From the IMG/VR virus record IMGVR_UViG_3300005326_000096, positions 1 through 34,680 of that record: DNA of 34,680 nucleotides. One strand, given 5' to 3'. Source of the DNA: a virus (Duplodnaviria > Caudoviricetes). Below, in pieces: positions 16,736 to 23,114 of this stretch. The position numbers and the translations under genes were made by a program. Positions within the stretch are counted from its first letter, which is position 1. Each line of letters begins with the position of its first letter. The notes under the pieces are model-generated. The model was given only the letters and a program-made list of their open reading frames with translations, searched no databases and had not been told where the DNA came from.

Positions 16736-17301
16736 AAATATTTCTTATTAGTGGAAAAGCAGAAAGCGGAAAAGATACTTTTCATAATATTGGAGCAGAT
16801 TATATTGAAGCAACTCAACCTCAACTAATTCCTGTTAGAATAGCATTTGCGGATGCAGTAAAACAAAGTGCTAAAGATATGGGATGGAATGGGGAAAAAG
16901 ATGATAATGGTCGATCTGGATTAATTATGATCGGGGATGGAGCAAGAAAGTATTTTGACCCTCTTATTTGGGTTAAGAAAGCAGTAAACAAATTAGAAAG
17001 TTACCATTATAGTAATACTAGAAGGGATGATTTTGTAATTTTTATTACTGATTGCAGATACCCAAATGAAGTAGATATGTTAAAAGAATGGGCAGAACAA
17101 AAGGGAGTTAAAGCATATGCTCTACGTGTTGAAAGACCTAACCATATTAGTAAATTAACTAAAGAGCAGTTATTAAATGATAGCGAGATTGCTTTAGATA
17201 ATTATGGTCAATGGGATTTCATTGTTGAAAATTCTGGAACTTATCAAGATTTTATTGATAGTGTGGAAACTGTAATTGATTGTGTTGTAGAGGGGAAATA
17301 A
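16732..17301 (+). CDS. deoxynucleoside monophosphate kinase-like P-loop protein
   Basis: SGKAESGKDT P-loop, AFADAVK, ITDCRYPNE. Confidence 0.8.
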   Translation: MKIFLISGKAESGKDTFHNIGADYIEATQPQLIPVRIAFADAVKQSAKDMGWNGEKDDNGRSGLIMIGDGARKYFDPLIWVKKAVNKLESYHYSNTRRDDFVIFITDCRYPNEVDMLKEWAEQKGVKAYALRVERPNHISKLTKEQLLNDSEIALDNYGQWDFIVENSGTYQDFIDSVETVIDCVVEGK

Positions 17302-17315
17302 CCCCTCTTTTATTA

Positions 17316-17344
17316 TTGACAGGCAGTATTTAGTATGTTATTAT
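17316..17344 (+). promoter_or_regulatory. sigma-A-type promoter
   Basis: TTGACA-17 bp-TATTAT with TG extended -10, just after the terminator-like AGAGGGG/CCCCTCT hairpin. Confidence 0.7.
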
Positions 17345-17360
17345 AAAGGAGAAATGAACA

Positions 17361-17606
17361 ATGACTATTAACAGAGATAACTACAGAAAGTGGGCAATTA
17401 AAAATGGATATGGGATTATAGAAGAAAATGCTGAAATGACTTTTAATGGACTTGATTTAAAGAAAGAAAAATTTGGGGTAGCCTACTGTCCATGTATTGC
17501 GCCTTTTGCACATTCAAAAGAAATGATCTGCCCTTGTGAACCTACTAAGAAAAAAAGTACAGGGAACGTTGGAGAATGTCATTGTGGTCTTTTTAAATGG
17601 GAGTGA
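17361..17606 (+). CDS. ferredoxin:thioredoxin reductase catalytic-subunit-like protein
   Basis: Diagnostic CPC...CPC...CHC motifs (YCPC, ICPC, GECHCGLF). Confidence 0.85.
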   Translation: MTINRDNYRKWAIKNGYGIIEENAEMTFNGLDLKKEKFGVAYCPCIAPFAHSKEMICPCEPTKKKSTGNVGECHCGLFKWE

Positions 17607-17611
17607 TATAA

Positions 17612-18817
17612 ATGTATATACTTCATAACGGAAAAATTGTTGACAATGAAACAGGAGAGATTGTAGTAAACGACCCTTCCCCTAAGTTTCAAGATTGGAA
17701 GTATGATGATTACTACAACGAGTTTATTAAAAACGGGCAAATAAGATTCCTAGAACCAATGACAGCAAAAGAGTTAAAAGCAGGGGAGGAAATTCCTCTA
17801 AAAGGGCATATTGCGGAGGAGAAATTAGATGGACACAGAGCAACAATGTCTATTACTAGCAATGGAAATAGATTTTTTAGCAGAAGAATTAGTAAAAAGT
17901 CAGGATGGTACTCAGAAAACTCAGACAGTCTTCCGCACTTGCGAGACTTCAACTCTAAGAGATTCATGGGAACAATACTTGACGGAGAAATTACAATGTC
18001 TACGTTTTCAGATGTTCAAGGGGTTACAGGAGCATTGCCTGATACTGCTTTGCAGAATCAAGCGGAAAGAGGATTTGCTGTTTTTAATGCCTTTGATATA
18101 CTTTATTACAATGGAATTAATGTCCAAGCTATGCCTTTGTGGAAGCGGAAGTTATTTTTGGGGAAAGTCATTGAAGGAATCAACTGCCCATATATTAGAC
18201 GAGTACGAGTTTTTGCAACGGCAGACACGTATGCAGAGTATAAAGATATTGTTGATGAAAGAGTAACCAACTTTAAAGACCTTTTAGCAAAAATGTGGGA
18301 AGAAGGAAAAGAAGGACTAATAATTAAAGACCTAGGTGCTAGATATGAGCAGAAAAGAAGTAAATATTTCTTGAAGCTGAAAGACTGTATCTATCGTGAT
18401 GTAGTAGTAATGAATTATGAAGAACCTACTAAATTCTTTGATGGAAAGTCTCCAACTTGGGATTATTGGGTATGCTATGACGACCCTGATTTTGTATTAG
18501 AGGAAACAAGAGTTGTAGCTGATCAAGATGAATATGCACCTGTTACTAAACCTTATGCTAATGGTTGGATAGGAGCAATAACTTGTGGAGTGTATAAAAA
18601 CGGAGAATTAATTCCTGTTGTTAGTCTTAAAGGGTTTACTGATGAAGAACTTGAATATATTAAGAATAATAAAGAAAAATTAATTGGAACTGTACTTGAA
18701 GTTAAGGCGCATATGATTTCAGATAGGGAATTAGGAACATTAAGACACCCTAGATTCAGTAGATGGCGACCAGATAAAGGAGCAGAACAATGTGATTGGG
18801 AAAGTCATGTTATCTAA
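17612..18817 (+). CDS. ATP-dependent DNA ligase
   Basis: EEKLDGHR (motif I), LDGEI, AFDIL, EGLIIK, LKLK, LRHPRF. Confidence 0.9.
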   Translation: MYILHNGKIVDNETGEIVVNDPSPKFQDWKYDDYYNEFIKNGQIRFLEPMTAKELKAGEEIPLKGHIAEEKLDGHRATMSITSNGNRFFSRRISKKSGWYSENSDSLPHLRDFNSKRFMGTILDGEITMSTFSDVQGVTGALPDTALQNQAERGFAVFNAFDILYYNGINVQAMPLWKRKLFLGKVIEGINCPYIRRVRVFATADTYAEYKDIVDERVTNFKDLLAKMWEEGKEGLIIKDLGARYEQKRSKYFLKLKDCIYRDVVVMNYEEPTKFFDGKSPTWDYWVCYDDPDFVLEETRVVADQDEYAPVTKPYANGWIGAITCGVYKNGELIPVVSLKGFTDEELEYIKNNKEKLIGTVLEVKAHMISDRELGTLRHPRFSRWRPDKGAEQCDWESHVI

Positions 18818-18947
18818 AATAAAATGCGATTGTAAAAATTGCGTAAATACATTAAAGACAAATCCTCTTTGCAGATTAGGGAGGACTCAAAACAAATCTA
18901 AGTGTAAATGGTTTGTCTTTAAAAGTAATGGAGGAAAGCGTAAATGA
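18807..18947 (+). CDS. 46-aa Cys-rich microprotein (not in ORF track)
   Basis: MLSKIKCDCKNCVNTLKTNPLCRLGRTQNKSKCKWF...; ATGA overlap with the NUDIX gene. Confidence 0.5.
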   Translation: MLSKIKCDCKNCVNTLKTNPLCRLGRTQNKSKCKWFVFKSNGGKRK

Positions 18948-19381
18948 TAGAAAATGTAGCGAGTGCTTATATTTTAAGCAAGGATAATAAACTTTTATTA
19001 ATTATGCACAAGAAATATGGAGTGTATATGCCTGTAGGTGGACATTGTGAGGGAGAAGAAGAAACTTGGGAAACAGCAATTCGTGAAGCCAATGAGGAAT
19101 CAGGTATTGAGATTACATTACCATCTTTTAATATTCACCCAAATTGTGTGTCAGTTCCAGTTCCATTTGCTATTCAATTGGAGAAGATTACTGATGAACA
19201 CATTCACCGAGACTATTTATATGTAACAAGAGTCAACAAACTTGCTAGAAATATTGATGTTGTTACCGAGAATGATTTACCTTATAATTGGTTTACATTT
19301 GAAGAAGTTTATAATAGTGATAATTTATGGTCTGATGTAAAAACACACGCATTAGCAGTATTATCGGGGGTAGTAAGATGA
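18944..19381 (+). CDS. NUDIX hydrolase
   Basis: Nudix box GGHCEGEEETWETAIREANEESG. Confidence 0.9.
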   Translation: MIENVASAYILSKDNKLLLIMHKKYGVYMPVGGHCEGEEETWETAIREANEESGIEITLPSFNIHPNCVSVPVPFAIQLEKITDEHIHRDYLYVTRVNKLARNIDVVTENDLPYNWFTFEEVYNSDNLWSDVKTHALAVLSGVVR

Positions 19382-19605
19382 TTCCTAAAGGACATTTATT
19401 TTTCTGCCCAAACTGTAATAAACCATTATACAAAGTTATGGAAGATGTTAAGATAAGTGAGCAAATTCACGATACACTGGGAAGATTTGTGGCAATCTTC
19501 CCTCAACCCTTACTAAAACATTCAAGCAATATAGTGCAAGAGTGTCATTATTGTAGAAATAAATTTAATTTTTTAGATTTAATAAGAGCATACTGGAGGA
19601 AATAA
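19378..19605 (+). CDS. Zn-ribbon protein
   Basis: CPNC...CHYC. Confidence 0.7.
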   Translation: MIPKGHLFFCPNCNKPLYKVMEDVKISEQIHDTLGRFVAIFPQPLLKHSSNIVQECHYCRNKFNFLDLIRAYWRK

Positions 19606-19607
19606 AC

Positions 19608-20534
19608 ATGACAATTTTAAAAGAAAACATACAAGATTTTAAAAAGTATACTGATATTCTTCGCATTGAAAAGTGTAAGGAGATTATGGATGCTAAAGAA
19701 GTGGTTGTTACTGAAAAGATTCATGGAAGTAATTTTAGAATTAAAGTAACCAAAGAAGGATTAATTCTAGGTAGCAGAAATTTAACCCTCGATGGAACTA
19801 ATGATAACTTTAGTCAATTTATGCCTATTTTTGAAGCACTCGACCATGATAAAATTATTGCAGAGTTTGTAGCAGAATTAATTGTAGGTAGCGAAGTAAT
19901 TATCTTCGGGGAAGTATTTGGAGCAGGATATGCTAAAGGATGTACCTATAAAGACGTTCATGCTTTTAGAGTGTTTGATATTTTTATTAATAATAAACCA
20001 GTAGATTATGATGAATTAGAAGCAATTTGTATTAGACTTGGTTTAGTAACAACCCCATTTTTGTATCGAGGAAAACCTGATTATGAATTATTCCTTTCTT
20101 TAATTGGAAAATCTAATCTTACAGTAGAACAAGATACAGGAGAGGGAATTGTAATTAAAGCATATGGACATTATGATCGTAACGGAAGACCTTTATTTGC
20201 TAAAATGGTAAGTGAAAGATTTGCGGAAGCTAAGTCTGTACCAGTGCCAATCTCCGCTGAAAAGATGGCGGAAAGAGAAGTATGTCAATTATTTGCTGAA
20301 ACGTATGTAACAGAGGGAAGAATTAATAAAATGATTGCCCAGTTAAAAGAAGCAAATATCTATACAGGGGAAATGCAAGATATGAAAAACTTAATTCCTG
20401 CTTTATGGAAAGATTTGGAGAAGGAAGAAAGTGATGTATTAGAGATTTTATACAATAAAGGTATTAACAAGAAGTCTATTAATGGAGCATGTACTAAATT
20501 ACTAGGAAAAATTTATGCAACTATGCAAAAATAG
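19608..20534 (+). CDS. RNA ligase, Rnl2 family
   Basis: TEKIHGSNF (motif I), FGE, FDI, EGIVIK, FAK motifs plus an Rnl2-like C-terminal helical domain (YVTEGRINKM). Confidence 0.88.
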   Translation: MTILKENIQDFKKYTDILRIEKCKEIMDAKEVVVTEKIHGSNFRIKVTKEGLILGSRNLTLDGTNDNFSQFMPIFEALDHDKIIAEFVAELIVGSEVIIFGEVFGAGYAKGCTYKDVHAFRVFDIFINNKPVDYDELEAICIRLGLVTTPFLYRGKPDYELFLSLIGKSNLTVEQDTGEGIVIKAYGHYDRNGRPLFAKMVSERFAEAKSVPVPISAEKMAEREVCQLFAETYVTEGRINKMIAQLKEANIYTGEMQDMKNLIPALWKDLEKEESDVLEILYNKGINKKSINGACTKLLGKIYATMQK

Positions 20535-20537
20535 TTG

Positions 20538-20566
20538 TTGACTTTGATACTAGGTAGTGCTATAAT
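20538..20566 (+). promoter_or_regulatory. strong sigma-A-type promoter for the ncRNA array and Ro60 gene
   Basis: TTGACT-17 bp-TATAAT with TG extended -10. Confidence 0.8.
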
Positions 20567-20707
20567 AATAAATGTAAAGAGGAACTGCAAAGTTGTTATA
20601 ACTTTAGTACCTCCAAGCTAAACCTCCTTTATTGATTTGTGTTAGTTTGTTGTCGGACAGAGGGGAAACGAGAAGTGAAAACCTTCTCCATCCCCTCACA
20701 ACTACAT

Positions 20708-20835
20708 AAGAGGTGCTAGAAAGATTACATCTTTTGCCATTATAAAGAGTAGTTCAGAGGTAGAACACCGAGATATGCTTCTCGGAGGACGTTGGTTCGA
20801 ATCCAACCTAAAGTTATCTTTCATTATTTCCTCTT
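20708..20835 (+). ncRNA. Y-RNA-like clamp unit 1 carrying a permuted tRNA-like domain (CCA end upstream)
   Basis: AAGAGG/CCTCTT and GAAAGAT/ATCTTTC stems; D arm, anticodon-like arm and T arm (GTTGG-TTCGAAT-CCAAC); TCTTTTGCCA lies 5' of the body. Confidence 0.8.
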
Positions 20836-20840
20836 TACAT

Positions 20841-20967
20841 ATGGGGTGCTAGAAAAGTTTACATCACTTCTAATGACGATTTGTGAGTTCGAATCTCACT
20901 CTTGCGTAAACACGCAGGATAGTTTAACTGGTAAAACGCGAAAATAAACTTTTCATTATTTCCCTAT
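20841..20967 (+). ncRNA. Y-RNA-like clamp unit 2 carrying a circularly permuted tRNA-Arg(UCU)
   Basis: ATGGGG/CCCTAT and GAAAAGTT/AACTTTTC stems; order is anticodon loop CTTCTAA, T arm, loop-closed acceptor stem, D arm. Confidence 0.85.
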
Positions 20968-20974
20968 TACATAC

Positions 20975-21075
20975 CCTGTGAGGATAGAACACGCGGCTAT
21001 CACCCAAATCCCGAATGATACTAGTAAATGTCGGGAGGATTGTAGGAGATGTGGGACATGCGACCCCACTACAGG
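20975..21075 (+). ncRNA. orphan four-way-junction RNA
   Basis: CCTGTG/TACAGG closing stem enclosing GATAG/CTATC, TCCCGA/TCGGGA and GTGGG/CCCAC hairpins. Confidence 0.55.
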
Positions 21076-21084
21076 ATATTAATT

Positions 21085-21159
21085 ATGAGGTGCTTGTAAG
21101 ATTACATCAACAAATTATTTGAATTAGTTACACATTTAGTCTTACACCTTTTTCCTCAT
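21085..21159 (+). ncRNA. clamp unit 3, short AU-rich cargo
   Basis: ATGAGG-TGCT-TGTAAGAT-TACATC...GTCTTACA-CCTTTTT-CCTCAT. Confidence 0.75.
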
Positions 21160-21220
21160 TACATATTAATGTCGTCACTTATGGGACTGTGACGTTAAGT
21201 ATAGTCTCAAACCAATTTAA

Positions 21221-21281
21221 TTGAGGTGCTCGTAAGATTACATCTAGGAAAATGAAACGTTATCTTACACTTTTTCCTCAG
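21221..21281 (+). ncRNA. clamp unit 4, minimal cargo
   Basis: TTGAGG-TGCTC-GTAAGAT-TACATC...ATCTTAC-ACTTTTT-CCTCAG. Confidence 0.75.
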
Positions 21282-21297
21282 CTAATTAAAACTAAAT

Positions 21298-21467
21298 ATG
21301 GGGTGCTTAGAAGTCTACATCAAACATTAATAAGAAGACAGTTTACCAATTTTGAGTGTGAGATTCCTGAGTTATTTAAACGTCCTTCGGGACAACAATT
21401 ATTCTTGATAACGGATAGAGTATCTAAGTCGTTACCGAGACAAGTTGACTTCTTAAATCTTCCCCAT
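21298..21467 (+). ncRNA. clamp unit 5, multi-hairpin cargo
   Basis: ATGGGG-TGCTT-AGAAGTC-TACATC...GACTTCT-TAAATCTT-CCCCAT; internal GTCC-TTCG-GGAC tetraloop hairpin. Confidence 0.75.
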
Positions 21468-21560
21468 TTTTATTTTATAAGCCGAGTGTGAAAGTGAAGC
21501 GTACATCACTAACCACTTGGCTTTTATTTATCCAAATTTAAAATTAAAGGAGAGATTATT

Positions 21561-23081
21561 ATGACAGTAAAAACATTTGTAAGTGCAAACCCTAAGTCAA
21601 GACCAGTAGTAGGATTTGAGGGTGGAGTAGTTTATGATATGGAACTTAAAGAGTCCATCGTAAATATGCTTTGTTTGGGATTAATTCAAGGAAATTTCTA
21701 TCAAGACGAAAAAGAAGTTATTCAACGTACTAAGGACGTTTATACAAATGCTCTTAAAAAATGCCCTGATTTCCTAGCTAAAGCGGCAGTATACGCACGT
21801 AACACAGTTGGAATGAAATTACAACCAAATATTGCATTAGTTTATCTTTCCACACTAACAGATAAAACTTTGTTTAAGGCTGTGTTCCCACAAATTATTA
21901 AGAACCCTAAAGACTTAAATGACTTTGTTAACATTTGTCGCAAAGCAGGGATTCGTGAAGGATTGGGACGTTCTGTAAAGAAAACAGTAAACATGTGGCT
22001 GAATCACTTTATGACAGAATACCATGCTTGCCGTTATGGTGGAAAACTTGCGGAAGTATTAAAAGCTACTAGACCAGTACCTTGTGATAGTGAAGTACAA
22101 GAAATATTCTCTTATATCACTACAGGGAAAACTGATTGTGGAATGTTACCAAGAGCAGAAGCATTACAAACTGTTATTAGTGCATTAAATAGTGGAATGG
22201 TAAACCAATTAGTTCTTTCCACTATTACTGTTCATGGATTACAAATGGAGGAATTAAAACATACTTTTGGAAACTTAGATGCAGACCAAAAGAGAAAAGT
22301 TTTTGAGTTCTTCATTCCTAAGTTAGCTTTTATGGCTACTGTGTCAAACTTAGTTACTATTGAACGTGTTTATGATGGGAAAGTTCCAAAACATGTTGTT
22401 GATATGGTTTCAGCTAAGTTGATGGACGTTGAAGCATATAAAAAGTCTCGTATGTTACCTTTCAGACTTATTACTGCAAGGGATATGACTTCTGTTAGAG
22501 ATTGGCAACGTGCTATTGAGAGATTAATAACCGCAGGAGTTAAAGGAAACTTTGATGTACTAGAAGGTACTAGAACATTAGTAGCAGTAGACACATCTAG
22601 TTCAATGAATAGTGCATTAACACCATCTTTAACTTGTAAAACTGTAGCTTCAACATTTGGAGCAATGTGTATTCTTGGAATCGAAGGTTCTTCTGCTTAT
22701 GCAGTAGCAGACACAATGAAACCAGTACGAGTTATGACCGATGAAGTCTTTACACTTGCTAAAGAAATTGCTAGTTTAAATGTTGGATATGGGACTTATT
22801 TTGAGCAGATTATGCAACATTACACAGATCAGAAATATGTAATTCTTATTACAGATGGTGAGTCTGCGGATAACTTAGAGAAAAAATGGATAAGTAATAA
22901 AAAAGTAGCTGGGGCTAAGTTAATCATTTGGCAGTTACAACCTTATGGACATACCCTAGCTTCTCAAAAACGTAAAGATGTAATTTATTTTCAAGGATAT
23001 TCCGAGTCAATCTTAGGAGCGATTCGTAATGTAATTGAAGGCAAGGGACAACTTGACGATATTGAAAAAATTACATTATAA
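21561..23081 (+). CDS. rsr: Ro60-related protein (TROVE + vWA domains)
   Basis: TROVE signatures (GNFY, KAAVYAR, GLGRSVKKTVNMW, SRMLPFR) and vWA MIDAS residues (VDTSSSM, GT, ITDGE); adjacent Y-RNA-like elements. Confidence 0.88.
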   Translation: MTVKTFVSANPKSRPVVGFEGGVVYDMELKESIVNMLCLGLIQGNFYQDEKEVIQRTKDVYTNALKKCPDFLAKAAVYARNTVGMKLQPNIALVYLSTLTDKTLFKAVFPQIIKNPKDLNDFVNICRKAGIREGLGRSVKKTVNMWLNHFMTEYHACRYGGKLAEVLKATRPVPCDSEVQEIFSYITTGKTDCGMLPRAEALQTVISALNSGMVNQLVLSTITVHGLQMEELKHTFGNLDADQKRKVFEFFIPKLAFMATVSNLVTIERVYDGKVPKHVVDMVSAKLMDVEAYKKSRMLPFRLITARDMTSVRDWQRAIERLITAGVKGNFDVLEGTRTLVAVDTSSSMNSALTPSLTCKTVASTFGAMCILGIEGSSAYAVADTMKPVRVMTDEVFTLAKEIASLNVGYGTYFEQIMQHYTDQKYVILITDGESADNLEKKWISNKKVAGAKLIIWQLQPYGHTLASQKRKDVIYFQGYSESILGAIRNVIEGKGQLDDIEKITL

Positions 23082-23088
23082 TTTTATG

Positions 23089-23114
23089 GAGTGGAGAAAT
23101 CCACTCTTTTTTTT
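23089..23114 (+). terminator. intrinsic terminator
   Basis: GAGTGGA-GAAA-TCCACTC followed by T8. Confidence 0.85.

Noticed and set aside
17829-18266. 145-aa alternative-frame ORF inside the DNA ligase (also 19038-19226 and 28045-28278)
   Set aside because: Fully nested in conserved genes, with no RBS or motifs
20743-20815. Ordinary linear tRNA gene
   Set aside because: In genomic order the acceptor stem has only 2 bp, the anticodon loop is 8 nt, and CCA lies upstream; reported as a permuted tRNA-like cargo instead
20708-20835. Lysine riboswitch (AGAGGUGC) or T-box leader
   Set aside because: Only the short AGAGGTGC matches; the remaining conserved elements and an expression platform are missing, and the downstream gene is unrelated
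20708-21467. CRISPR array interpretation of the GGTGCT...TACATC repeats
   Set aside because: Repeats are bipartite and pair across the insert, vary with compensatory changes, have very unequal spacing, and no cas genes are present
21252-21491. 79-aa ORF inside the RNA array
   Set aside because: AGGA is only 2 nt from the ATG, the protein has no recognisable features, and it runs across clamp units 4 and 5 whose covarying stems explain the sequence better
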